Positions 36,793 through 47,236 of a stretch of 64,000 bases of DNA are shown here, in pieces (the first letter of the stretch is position 1; the number at the start of each line of letters is the position of its first letter). The notes below the pieces were generated by a model. It saw nothing but the letters and a program-made list of their open reading frames with translations. It had not been told where the DNA came from and searched no databases. The stretch is taken from contig JAJYTO010000001.1 of the NCBI GenBank assembly GCA_021793015.1, positions 7,738 to 71,737 on the forward strand, in the 5' to 3' direction. The position numbers and the translations under genes were made by a program. Origin of the DNA: Bacillota bacterium. GTDB lineage: Bacteria; Bacillota; Bacilli; Alicyclobacillales; SLC66.

Positions 36793-39700
36793 CTACTCGG
36801 CTTTAATGGCCTCCATCTTAAACGCTTCAACGATGTCGCCTTCCTTGATGTCATTGAACCGTTCAAGCGTAAACCCACATTCATACCCGAAGGACACTTC
36901 ACGCGCGTCATCCTTGAAACGCTTCAGAGAATCCAGCTTCCCTTCATACACGACCACCCCGCCGCGGATGACCCGAACATCGGCGTCACGGACCAATTTG
37001 CCGTCCTGCACCATGCCGCCGGCAATCGTTCCGACTTTCGACACCTTGAACAACTGCCGAACTTCCGCGCGGCCCAGCACAACTTCCTTGTAGACGGGAT
37101 CGAGCATGCCTCGCAGCGCAGCCTCAATCTCTTCGATCAGGTTGTAGATCACGCGATAGAGGCGGATGTCCACCTTCTCAGACTCTCCCATTTTGACCGC
37201 GTTTACTTCCGGGCGCACGTTGAATCCGATCACGATGGCGTTCGACGCAGAGGCGAGCAAAATGTCGGACTCCGTAATGGCCCCCACGCCATTGTGGATG
37301 ACGCGGATGCGCACACCGCTCACTTCGATTTTCTGCAGGGCTCCGAGCACCGCTTCCGCGGAGCCGTGAACATCCGCCTTCAGGATGAGATTGAGGTCCT
37401 TGACCTCACCCTCCTGAATCTGCTTATACAGATCATCGAGCGTGACGCGGGAGGTCACCCCGAGTTCTTCCGCGCGCTGGCGCATCGAACGGCGTTCCGC
37501 CACGAGGCGCCCCTGGCGTTCGTCGTCATACACCACAAACAGATCGCCGGCGCTTGGCACATCGGACAGACCCACGATCTCGACCGGCATGGACGGCTGC
37601 GCCTCCTTCACCCGCCGCCCACGGTCATTCACCATGGCCCGCACCTTGCCAAACGTGTGGCCCGCAACCACCACATCGCCGATGCGCAGGGTGCCGTTTT
37701 GAACGAGGATGGTCGCAACCGGGCCCCGCCCCTTATCCAACTGGGCCTCGACAACCGTTCCCCGCGCACGCATCGACAGACTGGCTTTCAGATCCGCCAC
37801 CTCCGCCACAAGCAGGATCATCTCCAACAATTCTTCGATCCCCTGCTTCTGCAGTGCAGACAGCGGCACGAAGATCGTATCGCCGCCCCACTCCTCCGCA
37901 ACGAGGCCGTGTTCGGTCAGCGCCTGCTTGATGCGATCCGGATCCGCTCCCGGTTTGTCCATCTTGTTGATGGCCACGATAATCGGCACGTTTGCCGCTT
38001 TGGCGTGGTTGATCGCCTCCACGGTTTGCGGCATCACTCCATCATCCGCGGCAACCACGAGAACTGTGATATCAGTGACCTGTGCGCCGCGCGCACGCAT
38101 CGTGGTGAATGCGGCGTGACCGGGAGTATCGAGAAACGTGATTCTCTTCTGGTTGATCTCGACCTGATAGGCGCCGATGTGCTGCGTGATGCCGCCCGCT
38201 TCGGAGGCCGTCACATTGGTCTGACGAATGGCGTCAAGCAGCGTGGTCTTGCCGTGATCGACGTGCCCCATGATCGTTACCACGGGCGGTCTGTGTTCAA
38301 GAGTCGCCTCGTCGATGTCTTCCGGAAGCATCTCCTCCGCTTCGAGATCGCGCGGCGCGTCCACGATAACCTCGGTGCCAAACTCCGCCCCCACCAACGC
38401 CATCGCGTCGGTGTCGAGCTCCTGGTTGATCGTCACCGGCATGCCGAGAAACAACAGTTTTTTAATAACCTCTGACGCCTCGCGACGAATATAATGGGCA
38501 AACTCGCTGACCGTCATAGGAGCGTCGACATGAACCTGTTTCGGGCCTTCAGGCGCCCTGACCACCATGGTCCGCCCCTGCGAGCGCGAGCGTGGAGGTT
38601 GCAGCTTGCGGTTATTCTCACGCCTGTCAGACAGATTCGAACGGTTGTTGCCTCCTCGGTCTCCGCCGCGTCTGCGCTGCTGGCCCTGGCCTCCCGTTTG
38701 CCCGCTGCGCGCCGCGTCGGACGAAGTCTCAAAACGCGGCGGCGCACTGGAAAATCCACCTCCTGATTCTCCAGAATAACGCGCAGGCCGCGATCCTCCT
38801 TGCGGTCCACGTCTGTTATCCCCGGAACGCGCCGGTGCAGCGCCGCCATACGAACCCGTCTGGGCAGATCGAGCCCCGCCGCCCTGATAGCCGCCCCGCG
38901 GTCCGCCCGCACCGCCTGCCGATTGCGGACGGCCACCTGCCGACGGCGGACGGCCACCTGCCGACGGCGGACGGCCTCCCGTCGATTGCGGACGGCCACC
39001 TGCCGATTGCGGACGGCCACCTGCCGATTGCGGACGGCCACCTGCCGATTGCGGACGATTTCCGTCGCCCGCTCCCTGTCCCGGACGGCGATCGTACCCG
39101 GCGGACGCAGGCCGCTGATTGTATCCACCACCCTGACTCGTCCGATTTGGCGCTCCCTGGCGCGGCGGATACTGTCCGGGGCGGCGATCCGCTCCGCCCG
39201 CGGCGCCTTCATACGGCCGCGGCGAGCGCTCTGCGCCGTCTCCGGTTGACCGTTCAGAATATCCGCCGCGAGCGTGGGCGCCCTGCGCCGTTCTGTCCCC
39301 CTCCGGCGAACCAGGCGCGCGTTCCCGAAATGGACGATCGTTGCGCCCGCCCTGATTGGTCGCGCCCTCCGACCGATAGCCGCCTCCATATGACCGCCGC
39401 TGATGCGTGGAGCCTGTGCGCGCCGAGTACGGTTGCGATGGTCGCGCACCCGTGATCTGCGCGGCGGCGTCATCGGCGTTTGCGGCGCCGCGCGCGCCCG
39501 GAACCGCCGCGGGCGGCGCCCATTCTGCGTCCTGGGCCGGCGGCGTTCTCCGCTCCGGCGCTTGTTCCGACGGTCCGCGCGTTTCCGTCTGCGTTGCATT
39601 GCCCTCTGTCGTATGCCCCGTAATAGTTCCCTCTCCCTCGCTTACACTCGCTGTCCGCGCGACTGTCCGGCGGTCCGGGTCGCGCTCCTGCTTGCGCTCC

Positions 39701-39894
39701 TGCATGGCCGCGGTACGCGCGGCCGCGCGGGCCTTCACATCAGAAAAGAAGCCCTCCACCGCCTGCACCATATGCGGTTCCATCACACTCATGTGATTAT
39801 TCACCGGAATGCTCAATCGGCTCAGTATTGTAATGATTTCCTTGCTCGACATATTGAGTTGCTTGGCGTACTCATACACACGCAATTTGGTCAA
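36793..39894 (-). CDS. infB: Translation initiation factor IF-2 with a greatly expanded low-complexity N-terminal region
   Basis: [22 protein letters not shown]-terminus and G domain [21 protein letters not shown]. 1033 aa, with a long Gly/Arg/Pro/Ser/Gln-rich stretch. TTG start overlaps the ylxQ stop. Confidence 0.95.
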   Translation of the reverse strand: MTKLRVYEYAKQLNMSSKEIITILSRLSIPVNNHMSVMEPHMVQAVEGFFSDVKARAAARTAAMQERKQERDPDRRTVARTASVSEGEGTITGHTTEGNATQTETRGPSEQAPERRTPPAQDAEWAPPAAVPGARGAANADDAAAQITGARPSQPYSARTGSTHQRRSYGGGYRSEGATNQGGRNDRPFRERAPGSPEGDRTAQGAHARGGYSERSTGDGAERSPRPYEGAAGGADRRPGQYPPRQGAPNRTSQGGGYNQRPASAGYDRRPGQGAGDGNRPQSAGGRPQSAGGRPQSAGGRPQSTGGRPPSAGGRPPSAGGRPQSAGGAGGPRGGYQGGGARSAQTGSYGGAAPARSGDNRRGPQGGSRPARYSGESGGGFSSAPPRFETSSDAARSGQTGGQGQQRRRGGDRGGNNRSNLSDRRENNRKLQPPRSRSQGRTMVVRAPEGPKQVHVDAPMTVSEFAHYIRREASEVIKKLLFLGMPVTINQELDTDAMALVGAEFGTEVIVDAPRDLEAEEMLPEDIDEATLEHRPPVVTIMGHVDHGKTTLLDAIRQTNVTASEAGGITQHIGAYQVEINQKRITFLDTPGHAAFTTMRARGAQVTDITVLVVAADDGVMPQTVEAINHAKAANVPIIVAINKMDKPGADPDRIKQALTEHGLVAEEWGGDTIFVPLSALQKQGIEELLEMILLVAEVADLKASLSMRARGTVVEAQLDKGRGPVATILVQNGTLRIGDVVVAGHTFGKVRAMVNDRGRRVKEAQPSMPVEIVGLSDVPSAGDLFVVYDDERQGRLVAERRSMRQRAEELGVTSRVTLDDLYKQIQEGEVKDLNLILKADVHGSAEAVLGALQKIEVSGVRIRVIHNGVGAITESDILLASASNAIVIGFNVRPEVNAVKMGESEKVDIRLYRVIYNLIEEIEAALRGMLDPVYKEVVLGRAEVRQLFKVSKVGTIAGGMVQDGKLVRDADVRVIRGGVVVYEGKLDSLKRFKDDAREVSFGYECGFTLERFNDIKEGDIVEAFKMEAIKAE
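38916..39062. repeat. 7 x 21-bp in-frame tandem repeat within infB (encodes GGRPQSA heptads)
   Basis: ctgccgattgcggacggccac-like units run back to back. The protein reads [51 protein letters not shown]. Confidence 0.9.
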
Positions 39895-40211
39895 ATATCT
39901 TCACCCCCGACACTGTCTTTCACAATCTGCGCGATTTGTGCGGCGAACCGTGCGTTCGTAACGGCAACGACCGCCCGTTCGTCCTTTCCCAAAGCCCTCC
40001 CCAATTGACCCTTTGTCAGCGCGCTCACCAGCGGTATCCCGTAGTAGAGGCATTTGTCCCGCAGCTTCTTCATGCCGTTTGCCCCTGCGTCGCAAGCGAC
40101 GATCACCAGCGCCGCCTTGCGAGTCCGAATCGCGCGCATGCAGGCGTCGTCTCCCGAGACCAGCGCACGCGCTCGCGCCGCGAGGCCGAGCAATCCATCG
40201 AGGTTAGCCAT
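39891..40211 (-). CDS. ylxQ: L7Ae-family RNA-binding protein YlxQ
   Basis: ~106 aa with an L7Ae-like core ([19 protein letters not shown]). Lies between ylxR and infB. Start set at ATG 40211. Confidence 0.8.
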   Translation of the reverse strand: MANLDGLLGLAARARALVSGDDACMRAIRTRKAALVIVACDAGANGMKKLRDKCLYYGIPLVSALTKGQLGRALGKDERAVVAVTNARFAAQIAQIVKDSVGGEDI

Positions 40212-40479
40212 GCTCCGCACCCGCCTCGACAAGCCTCGCCAACTCATCGTACACCTCCGGGGCAAGCTCGGTTTTTAGTCCGCGTTCCAGCGCCTTGCGC
40301 TTGCGCGCTTGGTCGAAACAGGTGCGCGAATTGCAAATATACGCTCCCCGGCCGGCGCGTTTTCCCGTGGGGTCAATCACCACTTCGCCCGTCGGCGTAA
40401 GCACAACGCGTAACATACTACGCTTGGGCTTTTGTTCTTGACAACCCACGCACTGCCGCTCCGGAATCCTTTTGACCAT
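40204..40479 (-). CDS. ylxR: YlxR-family (DUF448) RNA-binding protein
   Basis: MVKRIPERQCVGCQEQKPKRSMLRVV is the DUF448 signature. 91 aa from ATG 40479 behind GGGGGGA. Upstream residues of the longer ORF are encoded by the MITE-like element. Confidence 0.85.
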   Translation of the reverse strand: MVKRIPERQCVGCQEQKPKRSMLRVVLTPTGEVVIDPTGKRAGRGAYICNSRTCFDQARKRKALERGLKTELAPEVYDELARLVEAGAEHG

Positions 40480-40610
40480 GGCCCATCCCCCCACGTGGAA
40501 ATCCAAACCAGTCTGTAATCTCCCGTATCCGCGTCTCCATGAACCCGGGTGTTCAGGAAACGCCGACGGTTCGCAGACGCCGGCCATGCTGGCCCAGTCA
40601 TGTTGGCCTA

Positions 40611-40732
40611 GGGGACATGTGATAAACTGAAATTTGGCAGGCGTGGCGCGGTACATATAGTGTTTGATTAAAGCCTCAAACACTATATGTGGGATCATAA
40701 CGCCTGCTGCGCGGACTTTATCACATGTCCTC
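40611..40732. mobile_element. MITE-like palindromic element, copy 3 (122 bp)
   Basis: GGGGACATGTGATAAA...TTTATCACATGTCCTC termini. The inner hairpin is ATATAGTGTTTGA-ttaaagcc-TCAAACACTATAT. Flanked by TA on both sides. Its last base is the first base of the nusA stop codon. Confidence 0.65.
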
Positions 40733-41817
40733 TAGTCATCCAGAAACGCGGCGCGGTCAAGATCCGCGAACACGGAGGATGTCCGTCCCATCTGGCTCTC
40801 GCTCTTGATGTCGATCTTCCAGCCTGTCAATTTGGCGGCCAGACGGGCATTTTGCCCCTCTTTGCCGATGGCGAGCGACAATTGGTAGTCAGGCACCACC
40901 ACCCGCGCCATTTTCTCGCCCTCAAACACCTCCACATCGACTACCTTCGCAGGCGATAGAGCGCTCGCCACGTAAATGGCGGGATCGTTGCTCCACTCGA
41001 TGACATCGATTTTTTCGCCCTGCAACTCGGCCACGATCGACTGAATTCGCATGCCCCTCGGCCCCACGCAGGCGCCGATCGGATCCACATCGTGGTTTCG
41101 TGAAAATACGGCAACCTTGGACCTTGCTCCGGCCTCGCGCGCCACCGCCTTGACCTCGACGATCCCGTCATAAATCTCCGGCACCTCAAGTTCCAGCAGG
41201 CGGCGCAACAGTCCCGGGTGAATGCGCGACAGGAGGATCTGCGGTCCCTTTGTCGTCTTTTCCACGCGCAAAATGAAGGCGCGGATGCGATCACCCAACT
41301 GCAGGCGTTCACCGGGGATCTGTTCGGACAGCGGCAGCAGACCCTCGGTCCGTTCCAGATCCACATATGAATAACGCCCGTCCTGTCGCGCGACCACACC
41401 CGACACGATGTCCTCTTCCAGATCCGCGTAGGCTGTGTAGATGATGCCGCGCTCCGCTTCCCTGATGCGCTGCGTCACAACCTGTTTGGCCGTCTGGGCC
41501 GCGATGCGGCCAAATTCTCGCGGCGTAACCTCAAGTTCCACGATGTCGCCCAGGCGATAGTTTGGATTCATTTCCATGGCGGCGTCCAGCGACAACTCCA
41601 GACGCGGATCGTGCGGACTCTCCACCACGGTCTTGCGGGCGTACACAAGAATGTTTCCCGACAGTCTGTCGACTTCGACGCGAACATTTTGCGCGGAACT
41701 GAAATTCCGCTTGTACGCCGAGATGAGCGCCGCCTCAATCGCCTCGATCAGCACACCGCTGCTGATGCCGCGCTCCCGTTCGAGTTGGTCCAGCGCTTCG
41801 ATAAAGTCCGCATTCAT
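40732..41817 (-). CDS. nusA: Transcription termination/antitermination factor NusA
   Basis: N-terminal domain [19 protein letters not shown], an S1 domain and two KH domains ([34 protein letters not shown]). Start set at ATG 41817. Confidence 0.93.
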   Translation of the reverse strand: MNADFIEALDQLERERGISSGVLIEAIEAALISAYKRNFSSAQNVRVEVDRLSGNILVYARKTVVESPHDPRLELSLDAAMEMNPNYRLGDIVELEVTPREFGRIAAQTAKQVVTQRIREAERGIIYTAYADLEEDIVSGVVARQDGRYSYVDLERTEGLLPLSEQIPGERLQLGDRIRAFILRVEKTTKGPQILLSRIHPGLLRRLLELEVPEIYDGIVEVKAVAREAGARSKVAVFSRNHDVDPIGACVGPRGMRIQSIVAELQGEKIDVIEWSNDPAIYVASALSPAKVVDVEVFEGEKMARVVVPDYQLSLAIGKEGQNARLAAKLTGWKIDIKSESQMGRTSSVFADLDRAAFLDD

Positions 41818-41993
41818 ATGAACCGATTGCCCCCTCCAACCAATTTGTACTGCGTGGATCCCCCCGCCGTCCATGTCCGGGCCAATTCGCCAGTCGCCTG
41901 ATCGGCGTCCCGGCCTGTCGCATGATCGGCGCCCCGGTCAACTCGGATGCCTGCCGTTTCCTGGTGTTTCGCAAGCCGCGAGTCACGCGAATC

Positions 41994-42461
41994 TCACCAG
42001 GCAATGGCCAACCGCGCGGTTGCCACCTTGTCGCGCGGCACTTGAATTTTGTCAGCGTCGATCTCTATATCCAACAATCCGTCGGCATAGCCTAACAGTA
42101 TACCTTCGAGCGTCTTGCGTCCCCCAAAAGGCTCATAGAACGAAACAAATACACGTTTGCCAAGCGCACGCTCAAAGTCCCGTTCGGTCTTGAGCGGTCG
42201 TTCCGCTCCCGCCGACGACACCTCAAGAAAATAGGCGCTCGGAATCGGATCTGCTTCGTCCAGAGCGGTCGACAGCGACTCGCTCACATGCACGCAGTCA
42301 TCGAGGTCGACAACACCCAAAGGGCGATCAATAAAGACGCGCAAAATCCAGTTGGCGCCTTCTTTCTTATACTCAACCTCAACCAGTTCCAGCCCAGCTT
42401 CCTGCAAAACAGGCGTCGCCATCTCGGCCACGAGATCGGTTACCCTTTGCTTTGCGGCCAT
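41994..42461 (-). CDS. rimP: Ribosome maturation factor RimP
   Basis: ~155 aa. LELVEVEYKKEGANWILRVFID is a typical RimP segment. ATG 42461 lies behind AGGAGGGTG, and the gene sits upstream of nusA. Confidence 0.88.
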   Translation of the reverse strand: MAAKQRVTDLVAEMATPVLQEAGLELVEVEYKKEGANWILRVFIDRPLGVVDLDDCVHVSESLSTALDEADPIPSAYFLEVSSAGAERPLKTERDFERALGKRVFVSFYEPFGGRKTLEGILLGYADGLLDIEIDADKIQVPRDKVATARLAIAW

Positions 42462-42504
42462 AAACACCCTCCTGAAACCCTGCTTCACAGGGGTCGTACA
42501 AATC

Positions 42505-42536
42505 ATACAAACGAAAGAGTGGGGAAACCCCACTCT
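42505..42536 (-). terminator. Leader terminator/attenuator upstream of rimP
   Basis: Minus strand reads AAGAGTGGGG-ttt-CCCCACTCTT followed by TCGTTTGTATGATTT. Lies between the candidate promoter (42646-42674) and the rimP SD. Confidence 0.55.
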
Positions 42537-42645
42537 TGTAGAGGTTGTTCAGAAGGAATATCTGAACCGACAGCGCAGTTCCGATCCTGTTCCCGTCTGA
42601 ATACGCACTTATCGCGTACGAGAAGCGTCGCGTTCCAATACGTTG

Positions 42646-42674
42646 AGTATACCACGCGGCATCCTGATTTGCAA
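42646..42674 (-). promoter_or_regulatory. Sigma-A promoter of the rimP-nusA-infB operon
   Basis: Minus strand reads TTGCAA, a 17-nt spacer, then TATACT with an upstream TG (gTGgTATACT). Confidence 0.65.
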
Positions 42675-42716
42675 TGACACCCGCCGGCCCACCCAGACCT
42701 GCGGTCAACAGCCGCT

Positions 42717-45700
42717 TCAGAACAGGCTCAGTTGATTCGACGCCGGCAGGTCCACCAGGCAGCCATAGCCGCCCAGCAGTTCGACGACGGTTTTTGTCAA
42801 CCGGGCCCGCTCTTGCAGATCCTGCACAGAGAGAAAAGGCGTCTCGGCCCGCGCGGTCGCGATATTGCGCGCAGCCGCATCCCCGATTCCCGCCGCAGCC
42901 GCAAATGGAGGCAGCAGACTTCCGTCCTTGACGAGAAACCGGGTGGCGTCCGACCGATATAGATCCAGAGTCTGAAATGCGAATCCGCGCCGGGTCATTT
43001 CCAGGGCCAACTCCAGCACGGTCTGCAGTGACTTCTCCTTTGGCGACGCCGTCACGCCCTTGCCTTCAATCTCTTCGATGCGCATGGCGATCGCGTCGGC
43101 CCCGCGCTCCATGAGCGCAAGATCGAAGTCCTCGGCGCGCACCGTAAAGTACGCGGCATAGAATGACAGCGGGTGATGCACCTTGAAGTAGGCGATGCGC
43201 ACCGCGTTTAGCACGTAAGCGGCGGCGTGCGCCTTCGGAAACATATACTTGATCCTGCGGCAGGATTCCAGGTACCAGTCCGGCACCCCAAACGACGCCA
43301 TGTACTCTTCGTCAGCTTCCGTCAGCCCTTTGCCCCTGCGCACCGACTCCATGATCTTGAAAGCGCGCGCGGGCTCCAGACCCCGGTAAATGAGATAGAC
43401 CATGATATCGTCTCGACAGCAGATCACCTCTTGCAGCGGAGCAACGTGTTGCCGAATCAGTTCCTGCGCGTTATTGAGCCACACATCGGTGCCGTGAGAG
43501 AGTCCGGAAATCCGGACCAAATCGGCAAATGTACCCGGCTTCGTATCCTCCAGCATCTGACGCACAAATTTCGTTCCAAACTCAGGGATTCCATAGGTGC
43601 CGGTCTGCGAGCGGATATCGGCCGGCGCGACTCCGAGCGGCTCGGTGCCGCGAAAGAGAGCGTACACCTGGGGGTCGTCGACCGCAACCTGGCGCACGTC
43701 CACACCCGTGATGTCCTGCAGCATCCTTAGCACAGTCGGGTCGTCGTGGCCGAGGATGTCGAGCTTGAGCAGATTGTCGTGGATGGCGTGAAAGTCAAAA
43801 TGCGTGGTGCGCGTGCCTGAACTTCGATCGTCCGCCGGATGCTGGATCGGACAAAAATCGTAGATGTCGTGGTCGCTCGGCACGATGATCAGGCCGCCGG
43901 GGTGCTGGCCAGTGGTGCGTTTGATGCCCGTGCAACCTGCGACCAGACGCGCAATCTCGGCGTTGCGAAGATGTTTCCCGTGATCGTCCGCCCATTTGCG
44001 CACGTAGCCAAATGCGGTCTTGTCCGCGATCGTCGAGATCGTGCCCGCACGGTACACATAATCGGACCCAAACAACTCTTCCGTATATTTGTGGGCGCGC
44101 GCCTGATACTCGCCCGAAAAATTGAGATCGATGTCGGGCACCTTGTCGCCCTCAAACCCGAGAAACGTTTCAAACGGAATATCCTGGCCATCCTTGTGGC
44201 ACTTCTGACCGCAACGCGGGCAGGGTTTGTCGGGCAGATCAAAACCGGACCCGATCGAGCCGTCAAGCACAAATTCGGAGTGCTGGCAATCCCGGCATAC
44301 GTAATGCGGCGCCAGCGGATTGACCTCCGTGATGTCGAGCATCGTCGCGACCAGCGACGAGCCGACCGAACCGCGCGAACCGACGATGTAGCCGTCGTCC
44401 AGAGACTTTGTCACGAGTTTATGGGCAATCAGATAGTTCACGGCGAATCCATGCGTGATAATGCTGTGCAGTTCCTTTTCCATACGGTCCGCAACGACCG
44501 GCGGCAGACTTTCTCCGTAGAGGCGGCGCGCCCGCTGCATGGAAAGCGTCCGCACCTGTTCGTCCGCCCCTTCCATGATGGGCGGGTAGACACGGTCGGG
44601 AACTGGACTGATGGACTCGATCTGGTCGGCTACGGCGCGCGGATTGCGAACCACAACCTCCTTCGCGCGCCCGCCCAGATGCGAAAAAGCCGCAAGCATC
44701 TCGGCGGTGGTCCGGAATGTCAGGGCAGGCTGGAGAAACGGACGTCCCGCTTCTTTGCGGCTGTTGGCGCTGTGCAAGATGATCTCCCGGAACACGCCGT
44801 CGGCGGCGTCAAGAAAATGAACATCGCCTGTTGCGACCACGGGCTTTCCCGCCTCATCCGCCAACTCCAGCAGTTGCCTGTGGTAATTCGCCACCGCGTC
44901 GGTTCCGCTGATCTCGCCTGACTCCAGAAGAGGTTCATAGTGGTCCAACGGCTGCAACTCTATAAAATCGTAAAACTCTATGATGGTCCGCAGTTCATCG
45001 CGGGTCTTCCCCCGCAACAGGGCCTGAAACAGCTCGCCCGCTTTACAGCCCGAACCGACCAGCAATCCAGCCCGGAGTTCACGGAGCATTGACCGCGGGA
45101 TTCGCGGCTCGCGATAATAGGATTCGATATGCGAATGGGACACGAGTCGATACAGATTCTTAAGTCCGGTCTGCGAACGCACCAGAAGGGTCGTGTGATA
45201 CGACCGGTTCTTCGCAGAGTCGCCCGTCCGCAGTCCAAAGGCCGTCAGATCCGCCAAGCTGGCGACCGCCGCTTCCTTCGCGAGGTCATCGAGCAGCCCG
45301 TAAAATACGCGGCCTGTCGCCTCCGCGTCGGCCAGTGCGCGATGATGCTGCGTGAGTGTCACATTGTATTTTTGCGTCAAGGTCTTCAGGCGGTGATTGC
45401 GGTCGCCGGGAAAAACCGCGCGGGCCAATGCCAGCGTGTCTATCACCGGTTGCGAGAATCGCTCCACGCCGATGCGCGCAGCCTGTACGGACAGAAAGCC
45501 CATGTCAAATTCGGCGTTGTGGGCGACCAGCACAGCCCCTTCGCAAAACTCCCGAAAGCGCGGCAATACAGCGCGGACATCAGGCTTGTCCGCCACCATC
45601 TCATTGGTGATGTGGGTAAGCTCGGTGATCTTCGCGGAAATCGCGTGCTCCGGCCGGATCAGTTCGGCAAACGTGTCCACGATCTCCCCGCGCCGCATCT

Positions 45701-47087
45701 TGACCCCGGCGATCTCTATCAACTCGTGCTCCGCCGCGGACAGCCCCGTCGTCTCAGTGTCAAAGACGACATACACGGTGTCCGAATCCAGCGCCATATC
45801 CTGCGTTTGGTGCACAATGGCGAGTCCGGCGTCGACCACATTCGCCTCTACGCCATACAGAATCTTGATTCCGTGCTTTTTGCCCGCGGCGTAGGCGTCA
45901 GGGTACGCCTGCGCGACCCCATGGTCCGTGATTGCCACGGCGGCATGGCCAAACTCTTTGGCGCGCAAGACGAGATCAGCCGCCGGCACGACGCCGTCCA
46001 GCGCGCTCATCTGCGTATGGGCGTGCAGTTCCACACGTTTTTCCGGCGCGTCGTCGCGACGGACGACCGCCGCGAATGAATGCAGGTCGGTCACCTGCAA
46101 CACCAATTCTTTCGCGTAGGTATCGTACTGCACGGCGCCGCGCACGCGAAGATGCATGCCATCCGCCAGGGGAGGGAGCGCAGCCTCGCGTTTCCCCGGT
46201 TTCGAGAACAGTTTGCAGGTGATTGAATCCGTGCCGTCAGAGATGTGAAATTGGCACAACTGCCTGCCGCTCGACAGCTCCCGCAGTTCAACGCCAAACA
46301 GACGGCCGGCCACACATACGCGCCGCATCTCATCCTGAATCGCCGCAATGTCCGTCGCGGCGTCCGTGAAAGACTGGCCCAGCTCCAGGCGCTCCACAGG
46401 CTCTTGCGAATGATCGCCAGCCTCCGGCGTCGGCCTCTGGGCGCGACCGGCGTCCGCCGCCTCTTTCAGGACCTCATCATGAAACGCCTGAAACCGATGC
46501 GCACGTCCGGTTCTCTCCACGATGTTGCAGGGCCACGGCCATTCTCCCGACAGCGTGGTCAAGATCGTGCACAGCCGCCTTTCCACCTGCCGGGAAGCGA
46601 GCATCTCCGCTGAAGTCGCGATGTGCACATCGAGTCGACGATCCTCCGCCAATGTCCACATCGCCGTCTGCAGATCTCCGCGCAGCGCCGGTTCGCGCTC
46701 CATGAGCAGCCATGCGGCGGCTGTCAGATAACGCGTCATGAGAGCGCTGCGAACGGCCCCGCGCTCTCTGAGGCGTTCATCCGCAGGACGGATGAACGCA
46801 ATCTGCACATCAGGCAGTTGCAATTCCAGCCAGCGAAGGGCGCCCGCCAACTGTTCCGGCGCCAGTTCGCCGACCGTCCCGTCCACGTTCAGGCGGATCG
46901 TCCGGGCGCGCTCCCCCAGCCTTGCGACGAGGCCGTGTCGATGAAGAGACGCAAAGACCGCACGGTCGCATTCGATCGGCGCCATGCCTGTATCGTACAG
47001 CGGAACCAGGTCCATGGGCTCCTCGATGGAGTCCATGGACCCCTCATCGCGCCAGCCCTCTGCAGCCTGATCAATCCCCAAATGCAT
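42717..47087 (-). CDS. polC: DNA polymerase III PolC-type (Gram-positive replicative polymerase)
   Basis: 1456 aa with PHP, a 3'-5' exonuclease insert (VVFDTETTGLS), and polymerase and OB domains. Typical PolC architecture and position. Confidence 0.95.
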   Translation of the reverse strand: MHLGIDQAAEGWRDEGSMDSIEEPMDLVPLYDTGMAPIECDRAVFASLHRHGLVARLGERARTIRLNVDGTVGELAPEQLAGALRWLELQLPDVQIAFIRPADERLRERGAVRSALMTRYLTAAAWLLMEREPALRGDLQTAMWTLAEDRRLDVHIATSAEMLASRQVERRLCTILTTLSGEWPWPCNIVERTGRAHRFQAFHDEVLKEAADAGRAQRPTPEAGDHSQEPVERLELGQSFTDAATDIAAIQDEMRRVCVAGRLFGVELRELSSGRQLCQFHISDGTDSITCKLFSKPGKREAALPPLADGMHLRVRGAVQYDTYAKELVLQVTDLHSFAAVVRRDDAPEKRVELHAHTQMSALDGVVPAADLVLRAKEFGHAAVAITDHGVAQAYPDAYAAGKKHGIKILYGVEANVVDAGLAIVHQTQDMALDSDTVYVVFDTETTGLSAAEHELIEIAGVKMRRGEIVDTFAELIRPEHAISAKITELTHITNEMVADKPDVRAVLPRFREFCEGAVLVAHNAEFDMGFLSVQAARIGVERFSQPVIDTLALARAVFPGDRNHRLKTLTQKYNVTLTQHHRALADAEATGRVFYGLLDDLAKEAAVASLADLTAFGLRTGDSAKNRSYHTTLLVRSQTGLKNLYRLVSHSHIESYYREPRIPRSMLRELRAGLLVGSGCKAGELFQALLRGKTRDELRTIIEFYDFIELQPLDHYEPLLESGEISGTDAVANYHRQLLELADEAGKPVVATGDVHFLDAADGVFREIILHSANSRKEAGRPFLQPALTFRTTAEMLAAFSHLGGRAKEVVVRNPRAVADQIESISPVPDRVYPPIMEGADEQVRTLSMQRARRLYGESLPPVVADRMEKELHSIITHGFAVNYLIAHKLVTKSLDDGYIVGSRGSVGSSLVATMLDITEVNPLAPHYVCRDCQHSEFVLDGSIGSGFDLPDKPCPRCGQKCHKDGQDIPFETFLGFEGDKVPDIDLNFSGEYQARAHKYTEELFGSDYVYRAGTISTIADKTAFGYVRKWADDHGKHLRNAEIARLVAGCTGIKRTTGQHPGGLIIVPSDHDIYDFCPIQHPADDRSSGTRTTHFDFHAIHDNLLKLDILGHDDPTVLRMLQDITGVDVRQVAVDDPQVYALFRGTEPLGVAPADIRSQTGTYGIPEFGTKFVRQMLEDTKPGTFADLVRISGLSHGTDVWLNNAQELIRQHVAPLQEVICCRDDIMVYLIYRGLEPARAFKIMESVRRGKGLTEADEEYMASFGVPDWYLESCRRIKYMFPKAHAAAYVLNAVRIAYFKVHHPLSFYAAYFTVRAEDFDLALMERGADAIAMRIEEIEGKGVTASPKEKSLQTVLELALEMTRRGFAFQTLDLYRSDATRFLVKDGSLLPPFAAAAGIGDAAARNIATARAETPFLSVQDLQERARLTKTVVELLGGYGCLVDLPASNQLSLF

Positions 47088-47236
47088 TTGACGCTACGCC
47101 CTCTCCCGTGAACAATCTTTCGCGCTGTGAACCAAACGCCCACGCGCCCATGGTGCACAAAATGGCGGCCAGTTCCCCCGTCACTACAGCTTGCGGCTGT
47201 TACCCCGCCAAAGCGGCCTGGCGGCCAGTTTCCCCG

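Noticed and set aside
36445-38475. Very long plus-strand ORFs (676 aa here; also 23154-24524, 33397-34917, 35175-36386, 16559 onward, 3709-4632 and others).
   Set aside because: They lie antisense to well-supported conserved genes such as infB, aspartokinase, ribF/truB and nrnA. They have Arg/His/Pro-rich shadow-frame composition and no recognisable motifs. This is typical of high-GC antisense ORFs.
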